From assembly GCA_036172245.1 (NCBI GenBank), contig JAYWIR010000024.1:1550001-1614000 (forward strand): a DNA stretch of 64,000 nucleotides. Direction: 5' to 3'. Source of the stretch: Raillietiella orientalis. Its lineage: Eukaryota. Below, piece after piece: positions 24,590 through 38,189 of the stretch. The notes below the pieces were generated by a model that was not told the origin of the DNA, did no database searches, and saw only the letters and a list, made by a program, of their open reading frames with translations. The position numbers and the translations under genes were made by a program. The first letter of the stretch is position 1; every line of letters begins with the position of its first letter.

Positions 24590-25700
24590 TTGTTGCAAAG
24601 TGAAATGACAGATACGCCGCTGCTGAAACGCTTAGGATACATTTTATATCTTTCACACGCACTCTCATATTATGATCCACGTATAACCCATGGGCTCGTA
24701 TAACACGGAACGCGCACCCCCCGCGTTATACTGCGCGCTTCTCGCTTCTCACGTGTCGCTATGACCACGGTGATTTTCGCCGCGTAAAACCAACCGTCTT
24801 CAGTTACCAACACTTCTTGCTGTCCCGTGACCCTTTTGCTCAAAGGAATGCTTGCACACACGAGGAAAGAATTCACTGACAGAAAATGAACCACGATGAC
24901 CCTTGCTCGCCTTGAGAACACTCTCATTGGATGACAAGCGGATGGCCGCAGTTCCTCAAGACGAGGTGCTCAACGGGGTTCGAATTGCGTTGCCTTGGAA
25001 GCGAACCTTCGAGCGAACGCGAGGGTTGGCAGCTGGGGAAGAAAATGCTGAAGGAACGAGGAGCACCGTTCGAGTCGAAACGCCATGGAGCACTAGAGCA
25101 CTGGCCTCATCGGCAGTTTCCGGGGTTACCATGGACGAATAAATTCTTGACGATTTTTGGACAGCCAGCCAAGATAAACCAAGCACGTGCCGGCATGCGC
25201 TGTGCCAAAACCGGCGCCGACAAAATGAACGGAAGAGGCAGCACCAAAATTCAAGATTCCCTTTTGAGTTTCAAAATTAGAAAAGGGAACGAGAGCAGCA
25301 CAACCTTTCGAGAGTGTGCTCGAAACCCAGTCCAAACTTCCCCAGGACACACACACATGCATACACAAAAGAGAAACACCACAGCGCTCGTGTCCGAAAT
25401 AAGAGGATTTGATCGATGCCGCATTCTCGTGTACCAAAGACTTCGAAAACGTTGGTTAAAGCAGCGCAAGGAAAATTGCACATGAAGCTGCACGTGGAAC
25501 GCTTGCAGAAGCAATGACGGAAGAAGGTTCCCGCAATGCTGTAAGAACATGGATTCGTTCCTCCGAGGCAATCGGAATGAAACACATTTGTATATACCCT
25601 CCTCCGGTCAGCAAACCGAAATCCAGCCATCAACGGCCTCCCGCAGGAAGCTTCAATCCCATAAAACGAGACGAAAGCAACGGATAATTTTTACGTTGAT
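24590..25700 (+). mobile_element. Tigger/pogo transposon relic (subterminal repeats plus decayed transposase)
   Basis: CGTATAAC repeats at 24680-24732, then RTLSLDDK (HTH_psq-like), PWTNKFL (CENP-B HTH GW..F-like) and GNESSTTF (N.DETGLF-like). Confidence 0.4.
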
Positions 25701-27599
25701 TGAATAGGAACAGTTTGTTGTGCTTTTGCTTTCGCCTGACCCAAAGTGATCATCTCTTTTCACGTAGAGCTCGGCTCATAAAATAGAAACAAACAGTTCC
25801 TCTTTGATCATCCATTAAAACCGAAGCCGTGTGGACACAATGGTGGCTACCAAATGAACGATAAAGCCGTATGAATAATGGGGAATTATTCACAGCAGTG
25901 TTTACCACTTCACAGTTCATTACAGAGGAATCTACAAGTGTTTCCCTGAGTGCCTGCAAAAGCACCGCGAGGAACATCCTGACATGCCACCAAAGATGTA
26001 ACTTCTCAAGCGATGCAGGAGATTTCTCATAGGATAGATGGCGGAGCCGATTCAAATATGCCTTGCTATGCTCAATCGTGATGCAGGATTTTCCATCGGT
26101 ATCTGTGGAAACACCCTAAGCAACTCTGCCCACTTGCGTCTCGACAGTTGCTGAACCATGGAGCAAACACTGCCATCACGAATGGCACATCGTGCTGTAC
26201 ATCAAAGTACTGTATGAATTCCGATTCTGCTATCTAAGCTGTGACCAGTTTTCAAGTAATTAACTGCTAATAAATTACCACACAATAAACATGTGCTTTG
26301 GACGCACAAAGGTCTCTCTCTCTCTCTCTCTCTTTTTTTTTTTTTTTAAAAAAAAAAAAGGAGACCTCGGTGTACGAAGTCTCCAGGAGAATCCTTTTAC
26401 TTCTGAGTCGGTCCCACACCCCTTTAGAGATGGCGAAAAATTTTCGATTCCTTACCCTTCCCTCCCGAAACATGCAAACCCGATATGAATGTAAGGAGAT
26501 TCATATCCGAGATTCCAATATTTTTTTTACTGCTGGATGCTCTTCGATTTCCTGAAAGCATCTGTCTGTCTTCTGGGTCTTCTACCATTCAGTACTCTCC
26601 TTCGGGACTATTACAGCTTGAACGCGCAGCAACGTCCTGTGAAGTTCACGCATTCATCTGCGTTCGTTCCCCCTCCCCCCGAAATCGTGAGATTCCTCGA
26701 AGCAATAGGAATCATTAATTACAGTTACTAATCGATAAAATTCAAGCCAACAAATCAGAAGCACAGAGATGCATCATCTCATCTTGGCCTCTTGGCCACT
26801 TTTGGTGATCGGCACTTAATAATCGAGTTGATTGTGCAAGGAACCGTTCATCAAACTGATGAATGATCTTAGATCGCTTTCAATGAGGAAAATCATTAAA
26901 AACTCTGAAGCTAGCACATGTTCTCTGATCAACTGATGTCACCTTAGTAACAAAGCTCTGCGAATTTGCGCTGCAAAATAGGGCTGCTGCAATGCAATTT
27001 CACATTACACCAGGCCATCAAACCGGAAACCACAGGACTAAACCTACAGCATAACCGAATGCACACAAACGGAAAACTTGCCGATGTTATTATTTAGAAC
27101 ATCGTTTAGAACACTCCTTTAGCAGGCTGCTGAATTTCTCCAAACATCCGGCTGATTTTCATGGAGATCACACAATTAACATTGCAAGATTTCCAGCAGT
27201 CGGATAACGTATCCTGCGAGCAGATTTGCCACGCCTCTACACATTACATGCTTTCAGGATTTACATCCTTCGAATGCTTTCCATATTTCGGACGTACGTC
27301 AGAATCACAGGGCACCCAGGACACCCGACAAGGCGGCGTTTTGTGTGTGTGTAATGGAAGAAAAAACACGTGTGTAAAACGAAATTTAAATGCTGTAAAG
27401 CACATCACAAGAACCATAATTTCAAGTACCAATTCGGGTTTTTAAATCCATGAGTGTTTCGCAGCGTGACTTTCTTTGAAAAAAAAAAAAAATCCCCAAG
27501 CACCTATCTCTTTCTAAGTTTCGACCCCTAGATGAAAGGGAATTAGAAGAAATCCTCTGTTCAGGCTCAACCAGACTCACAGACTCTCACAACCAGATT

Positions 27600-28890
27600 T
27601 GCACATCGACCTTGATGATAGCTATGAATCAGAATGGGCACTCCGCCGAAACTCAGATCCCAAGCTTTAGTGATTCTTCCACACGAAATCGTAGTGACCG
27701 GCAGCCAAACTTCCGTACCATCTCTCTTGGGAGCAGATGTTCGTGCACGTACACAGGTACCGGAAAGCACACGGACATGTTTAAGACACCACATAAAAAG
27801 CATGATGACGGAAATATGGTGTACTGCCCCTATCTCCTAATGTTTGCCTCCGTGATTTCCAATGACGTTTTTGTTCTTCCAGTCCCACAAATTGCGATAG
27901 ACAGAGCTACCTACAGGAAGCGAACGTTAGAGTAGTGTAACATCCTGTCCAGTTTCCCACTGAAGATCTTGGCGCTTGGAGATTCTTCAGGAAAACCCTT
28001 ACCAGGCAGTAGAAGGTTCAGGCAACTAATGGTGGCTGGCAGAGAAAGAAATCCGGTGTCGTAACGGAGAGAAGCGGGATCGAAAACGTTCATCCGCCGC
28101 TATGGAGATGCAATCGGTTCAGCTTTATGATGTTGAAGGCTACAGTACATAATTCCACAGCTCTCCCTTCAGATCTTAGCATCGTTCTTGACGAGCTGAG
28201 AGCGCTCAGGTTTGCTGCTGAGGAAATCATGATGCTCCAACACAGGAAGCTGCACAGCCAACTGCCTTGCCAAACGTCAACTTTCGCTCACTCCTTTGTT
28301 CTCCGCTGCCTTTACCAACTTCACTGGCACGTGATGGATGGTGATGATTTCACCAAGCAATCCACTCGAAGGCCAACTCACCAGGAGACGAGGAGATGTG
28401 CGATAATATGGTTGATCCCCGACTCCTCCTTAATGTCATATCCCGACGAAAAGGCAGGAGTTTGGTTCCTCGGCATGGATTCGTATTGCTGCTTCTCTTT
28501 TTTACTTCCGCCTGCCACACGCTAACACTACAAGATATCGTATTTTCGGAGGACAACTGTGAGTTGGACGAATGACAAAGAAGACCGACGACGGCATTTT
28601 AGACGATTGAGGCAGGTCCAAGAAGTTCGTGCCTCTTCTCTCTAGAACAAAGTTCCTTACGCGACTGCTCTTTTGCCTCAAGAGGTCACAAATTCGGCCT
28701 CAGCAGAGGCCACCTTTATCCCTCTGCAACTGCTTTCAGCTCGCCGTTCCTGGGAGAACACGCCGGCAATCCACTCTGTAGCGACTGCATTTCTTCTTTC
28801 GTACACGCTTCGGTTGTACATATACTAAAATCGAAACTTTTCGCGTACGTTAAAAATCCAAGTGCACACATTTGGTGGTTTCAACCCTTA
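27600..28890 (+). mobile_element. hATm-like (CRHH-type) DNA transposase relic
   Basis: Collinear motifs: CLRHHIKSMM (CRHH), DELRALRF, FVLRCLYQLH, IIWLIPDSSLMSYPDE (HLWYL.......FD-like) and WTNDKED...QVQEVR. Possible right end accctta at ~28890. Confidence 0.5.
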
Positions 28891-31627
28891 ATTGGGTGAC
28901 GTACGGTCACATCATTCCTTCCTTCTTTCCTTCAAGAGCAAGTTTTGTTTTGTTTCTCCGGGTGACTCGAAAAACCAGAGCGAAAATTGCAAGATTTCCG
29001 ACACAAAAGGACTCATCGAATTTTCCCCATCTCCACCCCAGTGAGTTCTTCCCCGTGGAAGACGTGTCACAAAATTCCCACTAAACGTTCAGTTACGCAT
29101 CAAATTATTTTTCTCAACGGGGTCACAGGAAAAATTTGGCGATTTGTGGGCGTTGGGCGTGTTGCAAGATCTATTATTATTTGGAAGGAAAAAAAGAAGC
29201 AAAAAAAAAAAAAAACGGAGAACCGATGGAAAAAATGAGGAATTTCATTCGCCCCACAAGTGGTTATGCAACTCCTAAAGGGGTGAACTTCCATACGCAC
29301 GGGTAGCTTTCATGCTGCTAAGCCAGAGAAAGCCCTCTAGGCAGCCAACCTCCATGCTGACCCACACTTCATGCTGTTCTGCCAAGCCAGAGAAACTCAG
29401 CATCCCTTTTGATATCCCGATGCTGCAGCATGAGACCGTGTGCGGACTATTGGAACCGATTGAGAATAGTAGCTCAGGTGCTTCGCAAATCTAATTTTCT
29501 CTTAGCTTGTTTCGATATTGGAAACAAACAAAAAAAAAATCATCTCATTGTGATATAAAAATGGAAAAAACACTTTGCTACTTGAAAACTCACAATGTCG
29601 AGGTGACAGCCCTTTTTTTTTTTTTTTTTTTTTTTTGCCTATTCGAAATGAATGTAAACCGATCTCGGTCTTCTTAACTTCTTTCACGACGAGGGAATTT
29701 CGGGGGGTGGCTGTGGGATCCATAAGAGTGGTCTTTCCATAAGGAATCTGCCAAACTATAATTTTTATTTTCCATAGATCCCATTACCATATTTAAACAC
29801 ACGTGGGTCACACGGAGTACCATTCGTCACGGATCCCCTGCATTTCTCCAAGCCGCGGTAACAGCCCGCTAGAGAATGACACCTTCTATTTCGATGATGA
29901 TCTTCCACAGCGGACTGGATTCTTTTCCGAAACGTTTTTCCGGAAGGCTTGCACACGGTCCCTCGATTTCCTCAGCTCGATTGCTTCGGCAAAGAGAAAC
30001 GCCAAAGCACAAAGACGTAAAGAGTGACTCGTAAAGTTCAGATCCAGAGAGCCGGAAAACGCAGATATCTCCCCGTCTTCCGTTTCGTAGATCTTTTCCT
30101 TTTGGTAGGAAAAGAGTGGGGTGATGGGGAGACGAGAGACCTATATCTGCCTGCCTGCGATTTCATCCGATGGGTGCGACTGCGACTGGCAGGGACTTTT
30201 CCACGATCGGGAATTTCCTAACCGGTCTAAAGGGGGCTCGGTGGACCCCCCGTTCATCCCTGCGCACACACTGAGGGGTACGAAAATCGGGAGTTTTGTT
30301 AATGAGCTGCTCTGGAAAGAGGAAAAACGATTTCAACAACCGCTATGGACTCGGAATGGCCAGGCAATACCACACAACGCATGTACGGCCGAAAATGGTT
30401 CTTGGAAAAGATCACGGCCCTAATAGGTCTTTATCGTAAATCTCAAGCATGCTGCTTGCAGCTGAATGCGCTGATAATATTGGTGGAAGGTCTGTTTGTC
30501 GCATGCTAATGAAACATGCAATGCACGGGACAGTTATCAATCTTCAAAGTGCAACTGTCCCGGTAAATGCGTGGAAGAGAACAGGAAGGAAAACCGGAAT
30601 TCTGAAAACAAAGAACAACCGCCGCGGTTACATGACTGAAGCTCCTTGTTTTTTTTTTTTAGAAAAAGAAAAAAGAAAAGGAACAGCTGAATCCTGGAGT
30701 ACGAAAATCACCAATAACATCGTGCCAGCAGCAGTACCCCAGCCTCCATAAATCATAACGCAAATCACGTAACGCGTGTACCAAGTTCTTGAAACGTGCA
30801 AACATGAGCGAACCTCCGAGGAACCTGAAAGCTGGACAGGTCGCACAAGATGCATTACGAATGCTAATTGCTCGCCGGCAGTGGCATTTCCCGGCAGGCA
30901 AGATTTATTTTTCGTTTCCTTATGTAGAGTGCCTGCTATGTAGTTTTCGAAGCACTTGGCAGCCCTTCGAGGAGGCAGCTTTCGACTCCCAGAAGAGATC
31001 CTCTAGATGAACGCATCTCAAAGACCAGCACCAATGCGGAGTGCAACTCACGTCCTGTTCGCTTTTGGCATTGGAAAAAAAAAAAAAAAAAAGCATCAAA
31101 ACCTGATTTGAGGGCTACCCCATATATCTTTCTTCGTTTTTTTTTTTTTTTTGTTTTTTTATGCATTCGAAGGGAACACACATTGTGGCACCCACAGTGC
31201 CACAACATGATGTGCTTCTTCTGCTCAAGTGAATGGGCAAATACCACCCGAACTGTCGTTGTTGGTCTCTCACATCGAATACCCAAGTTGTTGTTTTTTT
31301 GCCCCTCCCCCCCCCCCCCGTGTACGTTCCAGCTGCCAGGCATATTCAACCAACGAATGGACGAGTGAACTGACGACCGAATTGCAACTCGCAGCCGATA
31401 ACCGAATTCGCACCGTTCGTCAGAAAGTTTGCTTCTGGCAATTCTGGATATTATTGATTGCGCTCCAAGGTCGTGGAAGACTCTTCGGCTCGATGCATTC
31501 GATGCTCCGACTCGTCGAGAAAAACCGAAAACTTTTTTTTCCCGCAGTTCCATCTGGGCCGATTGCATCCCCTCGGGATTTCCCCCCCCCCTTTTTTTTT
31601 TCCTCACATCGGGACAAACCGGTTGCT

Positions 31628-31660
<33 letters not shown>

Positions 31661-32241
31661 CCCCTTAATCGTTCCCGATCCGATCCGTGACTCTTTCCAA
31701 CGGTTTACAAGCGGCAGCGCTGGCCGTCAAGCGACCTGTCTCTTCTTCACCCCCCGAACTTTTTCCGTGGTGGCCACGGGGGGGGAGGGCGCGTGCACTT
31801 GACGGAAGTCGTCTCCCGACCCACCCCCTCGTCGAAAGAGCATCGGCGACGGACCCTTCGCAACGCATTGCACCAAACGAGAGCGACGTCGAATCCCAGG
31901 CAGCACTTCTTCGGGAGCCCCAGCGGGAGGTACGGGGGGCGGGGGAGTTTGGCAGGAAACAAAGGAGGAAACAAAAAAAAAAAAAAAAAAGGGAATGTCC
32001 CGAATAATCCGCATGCAACGTGTGTGTGAGAGAGAGAGAGAGAGAGCGCACCGCCAAGCGTGCACCCACCTTGGGTTTTCAGCCTGATCCAAAAAGGGCT
32101 GGTCGAATGATGCAAAGCTTTGTGCACGTACCAGAAACGCTCATGAAGCCACTTCCAAACACGAAAACCAAAACAAAAAAAAAACACGCCTGCCGCTCCG
32201 TCCGGAGGAACCTTCGCGAGCTCGGAGGAGGACACACTCAC

Positions 32242-32720
32242 GTCGTGCACTTGGCTGCAAGAATGCATGCGCTGGATGGGGAACGGAATGGCAGCGCGCC
32301 ATTTTGGACGCATGCGTCACTTGGCGGCACCGACTACCAAAACAAAAAGGCTGCTGCTCGGCTCCGTACGGCCTGCTTCCCCCCGTGTCGCCGCCGACGC
32401 TCCGCTCCGGATGCGGAGGAGGAAGCGGCGGCACTCTCCAATCGCGCGCGCGCGTCAGCAGCAGCCGCGACCCACAGCTGACCAGGGCCGGGCGCGCTCC
32501 CCGTGCGCCGGTTGCCCCGCAACTGCGCGCGAGCCGCGCTCGCGAACCCGGTCGGAAGCTGCGAAACTCTCCCCCCTTCCCCTCCCCTCCCCTCCCCTCC
32601 CCCCCCCCGCAGCAGCAGCAGCACCAGATCTCAGCGTCTCCCGCTCTCGCTTTCGTTCGCGAAGCCACACGCTTTTTCTTTTTGTTTTTTGCGCGCGCGC
32701 GCGTTCGCAAAAAAGGCACC
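32242..32720 (-). promoter_or_regulatory. CpG-rich putative promoter / first exon of a minus-strand transcript
   Basis: CpG- and GC-rich island with C/G tracts. A YY1-like AAAATGGCG (rc of 32297-32305) is followed by a consensus GTGAGT donor (rc 32236-32241). Confidence 0.4.
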
Positions 32721-32966
32721 TGTGAGGGGTCCGCGAAAGCAGGAGATGACGTGAAAAGGGGGTGAAACCACAGGCATTTCAAGACGAGGGGGAAGGGAAA
32801 ACATGCACACTCCACAATCTAAAAAGGAAAGGGTGCATGAATTTGTCAAGATCTGCCCCGCTGGAATAGATTAGAAAAGTTTTTTTTTTTTTGATAGATT
32901 AGAAGAACTGGGGTAGTCCCCCCACCCGCATTCCCCAAGGCTTCGTTTGAATGGGTTGCTTTCCAG

Positions 32967-33770
32967 GCCCGCGTCGGCGGCCTTGTGGTTAAGGCTTCCG
33001 CGTGTGGCACCGTGCGTCGCGGGTTCGAATACTTCGGCAGAAACACTGCGTCGTCGGATTCCGAGTTTCTCCTGCAATGGCGCTGGTTGGCCTCATCATT
33101 CGGGCGTGGCACCGGTGGTGGTTTGATCCGGAGGCCCCCCCGATAGAAGGCCGGAACAATGGGAAATTGTGACCTTCGGGTCTTCCCAGGAATAAAAGTA
33201 GTGGGGAGTTCCCCCTCCGGTCGTACAACCCCTCCGGTTTCAAGATGGAGCAGGAGCCCTCACGGCCACCTCTCCAGTTGTTTAAAGGAGCGGACCCTCC
33301 CCGTTGCGGGGGGACCCTCCGAGTCGTCGCCTCTTCACAGAGTGCAAGGAAGCAAGCGAGAGCGATTCCCTGCGGGAAGCTGCGGCGCCCCTTCTCAGTT
33401 TCGGAAGCGTCCCTTCTGGGTTCTCTTCAGAGGAGTGAACAGGAGCGGTTCCCTTGCGGGTTCCCTTCGGAGAAGAAATTCCTAGAAGCGGATCCTTTCC
33501 GGGTTCCCTTCGGAGAAGTTGAAATGGAGAGGACCACCCCCCTTCCAGGGAGGGGGTGTCCCTCCGGAGAGAATGAGGAAGGAGATTCCCTTCGGGGTTC
33601 CCCTTCGGAGACAACCAGGGTGGGAGGTGCGATCCCCCCCCTCCCGGGTGGATTTCTCCCCTAGCGTGAGAGGAACGGACTCCGAGCCCTTCCTGGATTC
33701 ATAGGGTGGACCCCCATCCCGGGGTACCCCTTATCCTGAAGAATTACACGCCCCCCTGCGGGTTGCCGCG
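32967..33770 (+). mobile_element. tRNA(His)-headed GC-rich module, head intact
   Basis: A-box ggcggccttgtggttaa, a GTG anticodon-like loop, and B-box ggttcgaatac (33022-33032). The body is the reverse complement of 14660-15496 and carries internal ggttcccttcggaga repeats. Confidence 0.88.
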
Positions 33771-33799
33771 GGCGGAGGGGCGTGGAAACAAAACATTGT

Positions 33800-34200
33800 G
33801 TTTAATGGCTTCCAGGAACATCGGAGCCGGTAACCCTTTTCTGCCCACAGTTCGTACAGGAGCAGCGTTCTAGAGCTCGCATGAGCGTCTCTGGAGCTGG
33901 AGGGTCCACGAAGTCAGTATCCCAAGCGTTTGAGCTGTGGCACTACTGATCCTAGATCGGAGCGCAGGATTTCGTTTCGTCACTCTTGTAAGCACAGCCT
34001 CAACACTTTCCAGGCGGCCGCGTCCTGCCAGCTCTTCCGGCTGTACTTTGCGTCGCCAAGAAGGGGGTCTGGATCTTCGGAACGTCAGGCCCCAGCCCGC
34101 TTCCCCAGTCCCTAAAAACGCTTCGGCAGAATCTTCGTTACAGGTACACGTAGCCTCCGCACTCCATCCGAGGTTCCCTGGAAGCGACCGGCCAATGGTC
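33800..34200 (-). mobile_element. LINE post-RT fragment
   Basis: AWKVLRLCL...RNEILRSDLG resembles the Q.K.LR.....RNE.L..DLG segment found downstream of RT. Confidence 0.35.
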
Positions 34201-34755
34201 TGCTCAGAGGTGGCGATTTCCCCGGCCCGCTTTTGAGGAATCCGTCTTGCCCTTCCCTCAGGGAACCACAGCAGAGAACCGACGCTGTGGTTTGCAGGTT
34301 GCCCGGGGAGAGGCGCAGAACGTGGAGTGGGATTTCTGGTTCAGACCACGAACCCCCCCATTTTTTTTCTTGCTGGTCGTACCGTCCTGCCCCCCCCCCC
34401 CGCTCCCCAATAGTCCCCCAGGGCTTCTCTCCCAGTTGCTGCGGGAAAAAAAAAAACAAGCCATGCACCCAGCATCTGAAGTTTCCCTCATCCGACAGGG
34501 ATGGAATCTCTCTCTTCCACGTGTGATGCTCGCCCTTCATGCCCCTAATGCTTCGTCCCCGAGATTTCCGAGCTCTTCCGAAAGTCACCTCAGAATCGCC
34601 GTTCTCGCGAGATGACGAGAGGACATCACTAAGCAACACGCTAGCTGACGGGCAGTCGTCGCGAATGTGAAACGGTGGCGATCGAAAACAGTGGGGAAAA
34701 AAATTTTCTTTTAAAAATAAAATGAAATAAAAAGGCCAACAAATTAAAAACAAAA

Positions 34756-35310
34756 AAAGGGAATTTGGTATTTCGTTTTCCTGTCATTTCCAACACTCAA
34801 CAAATGACACTTTCTGCAGGAAATGACGAATTCCATGCTCGGGATTTTGATCGTTCGATAATCGTATAGGTTTCCAATTAGAGATTCACACGTTCATATC
34901 ATACATATTTATTATATTATAACTATATTAATATGTATGATGAATATGTATTTTTATAATACGTACTAATAATATATATTAACGCATACTAACGATACTA
35001 GTAAATATGCATGTGAAAATAAATTTTCACACTAATCTATGTGTAAACATATGTATCAGCATATATCGAAAGACATGTATATTTATCTTTTATGATCCTT
35101 ATGATACGTGCGAATATATATTAATACAGATTAATTACATTCATAAACATGCATGTTAACATGAAATTGCATAATAATCTGTGTATAAATGCATCAATAT
35201 GCATAAAAGGCACATATACATATATTGTTTTTCACAATCTTTATAATATGTATTAATCTGCGTATTCCTTTATGAATATGCACATTCATGTATGTAATTT
35301 GTTTTTTCCT
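34756..35310. mobile_element. Partial AT-rich TIR element (core in reverse orientation)
   Basis: 34760-34856 is the reverse complement of the family core and is followed by the AT-rich arm. Confidence 0.7.
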
Positions 35311-37014
35311 GATCGTTTTTCCCTACTTTCGTGCTGTCCTTTTTGGCACGACTTGCTTAGAGGATGCTCGGAGTTCCTGGAAGGGTTACAAGGATCAGAA
35401 ATGCACGCACGAGGGGGGGGGAGGGGGCTGGAAATGCACACACGACTGATCACGAAGCAGCTGAACGTGCGAGAGCAACGGCACGGGACGTTTCCAGAGG
35501 GACGCAGTCCTCGCAACCCTTCTCTTGGGTGGGTGCGTCTGTCTGGAAGCTTCGGCTTCCTTTCTCCTCCTCCTCTCCGAAACTCTGGATTCAGTGGTGC
35601 CCTCCCCGTTCGCCCTTGCCGGTTGCCACCGACCTGCACGTCACGCGAAACGGCGTACAGCTCGTTGGCACCCCACCGTCGCTCCAGGAAGTGGCGCCCG
35701 CCCTCCTCGCTGCGAACGCAAGAAGAATCTCCCTTGCGAAGAGGCAGATTTCATCCGCAGCAAAGTGACCACTGCAAGGAGAATGCGGCGTTTTGGAATC
35801 GCGTGGCGCCTCGTGCCGTCTCCGCGGATGCACAGGAAGTGAAGCTGCGCAGCTTCGGATGCCAGGATTCCAAGAAACGAGGAAGGAGACCCATTAAGTA
35901 ACCAGCAACAAGTCCACCTATTATCAGCTTTATTACTCAACTTGTTTTCGGTTGCCTTGAGGGGTTGTTCCGCGGGGTGGCTGCGGCACGGCTTTGCTTA
36001 TCGACCAGCAGGGAAAGTCCAACACGACGCAACCACGGAAATGGGACTTTCGATTTCCGGCAGGCGAGGATGGATGGGAACCCACGGGCGCCGGAACCTG
36101 CCGGCTAGCCTCCCGCAACGGAGCGGTGGACTTTACGTGGACGAACCGACTGACCCCAGGCTTCGTGGTCGGCAAAACGGCCGTCCGTTGCCGACCTCTT
36201 TCTCCACGTCGTTTGCGTTTCACACCTGACCAGGCAGGCTGTCCCCTAATCGCTTCGCGTTGGGGCCTCGGTTGCTTGGGAATGGCTTCGACCGATGCCA
36301 AGCACTTGAATAGGGCGCAAACTTCACTCCTGGAAGCGATTCCTCAACAGGAGGAGGAAGGTTCGTTTGCTGAGCACCTTTTTTTTGTTCTTGGTCCACG
36401 CTCACATCGTGCCCTTTGGACGAGAAAAGTGGCGTCCTCACGTGCAAAGGGCGCGAGCGCCCGTTGTGGGCCGCGGTTTCTTTGGCACGATGCAAGCGTT
36501 CCGTGTTACTGCATGAAACCGGCACAGACCGAAATGACCCTTCGAAGTGGACGCTCCGTTCGTGCTCATTTGTTTAGACACTTTCGAAGACGCGCTTCCT
36601 GTAATTAGGGAGGGTGTTGGTTTCGGAACTGTTGGTGGTCACGAATAAGAGAAACTTCCGTTTTTGTGCGCCCGTAGGCACCCTTTACGTAAGAACAGAT
36701 AGGCACTGAACCCTCAGTCGCGTGGCCCCTCTGATCTTGGTGATGGGAGCCACCAAGGGAAGGCAGCATCCCGAGTCCCCTAGCCACTGTAGACGGAACA
36801 CTTGAAGCACCAAGTGTGTTGTGACTCCGCAGAGACAATCGATTGCTGACTTTCCCAGTTCAAGGTCGCACCCGCTGATCTCCTGCCTCGGGACCACTGC
36901 CTCGGATATCTTCCGGGGCGTGCGGGATTTCCGAACGCTCGGGAAATGAGCGACCCCCCATCCGAACGAACGCAAGGAGGGCTGCTCCGCGGTCCCAAGG
37001 AAACGGGGCGCCCA

Positions 37015-38022
37015 GGAAAATCCCGAATGGCGAAATCCAGAAAGATCACAGAAAATGAGTGCATACAAACCACAAGTACCAATAAGAATAAATAAATCAT
37101 TTATTATATATATTTCTTTGTATATGGAGTACTATATATAGTGATGTATATTGTCAAGATCATGGAATACAAATACATGTGTTTATTATAGATATGAATA
37201 TGATTCATATGTTTCTTATATATATATATATATATAATCTTCATAATATATATGTTATAAAGATTATAAATAAATATATGTATATGCTTATTGTGCATAT
37301 TGATATTTATTTATTTACATATAGATCAATAAACAGGGGTTTATTATATATATGTTAATATACAAATTTATGCTAACATACATATTCAATTATATAATTA
37401 ATAATATGCATTAATGTGGATTATGAAGATCATAATTAAAAAACAAATATGTTTTTATGAAATGTATTAAGACACATTTATACATATCATAAATATATAT
37501 GAAATGAATATATAAATATCGATTTATGAACACATATGCTTATAGAACGATCAAATTCCTGAACGCGGTGTTCGTCGCTTCCTACAGAAAGGGCCATTTG
37601 TTGAGTATCCGAAATGGCCGGAAAACGGAATACCAAATTTTCATTTATTTTTTTTTCATTATTTTCAATTGCCACCATTATTTTTCTTTTTCTACAATTC
37701 GATATTCACATATTCATTTTTCATGTTTATTACGTATATTAATATATATATAATAGCATATACGTTTATTTTTTATTATCTCTTATATATGTGAATAAAT
37801 TAATACGTATTACATCAATAAATGAGCCATGCCAAAATAAATTGGTATATTTATATATAACTATATGTGTTAATATACATAATAAGCATATAGACTTATT
37901 TTTTGCAATCTTTATAATATATATTGATATGTGCATTAATCTACATATATATATGTGTGTATAATAAGCATATGTATTTATTTTTAAGATTTTTCACGGG
38001 ATTTTGATCGTTCGGAATTTTG
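37015..38022. mobile_element. AT-rich TIR element, same family as 11987-13207
   Basis: Ends gaaaatcccgaa...aaagatc and cgggattttgatcgttcggaatttt. Core cgatcaaat...ttcgtc...cagaaag...ccatttgttgagt...ggaaaa...accaaatt at ~37546-37642. Confidence 0.75.
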
Positions 38023-38189
38023 AACCAAACGCCAAGAAACTCACCGCTCCCTCACAGAGACCCCTTAGCAACTGATGTTCTTCTGGAACAGAGAAGGGTT
38101 ATGAGTTTTCCCTCTCGAATTCGCTCTCTTCCCGCGAGACGTGTTCGCACTTGGTGGACCACAACTTCGAGGTGGGAGGAGGCATCCAG

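Noticed and set aside
32967..33040. Functional tRNA-His gene
   Set aside because: A/B boxes are present, but there is no convincing acceptor stem or poly-T terminator, and it runs into a repeated body. It is a tRNA-derived head.
33395..33615. CRISPR-like array of ggttcccttcggaga units
   Set aside because: Eukaryotic context, irregular spacing, the same spacers in other copies and no cas genes. These are internal subrepeats of the module.
35272..36608. Two ~205-aa plus-strand ORFs
   Set aside because: Arg/Pro/Gly-rich composition typical of GC-rich non-coding DNA, open frames on both strands, and no motifs.
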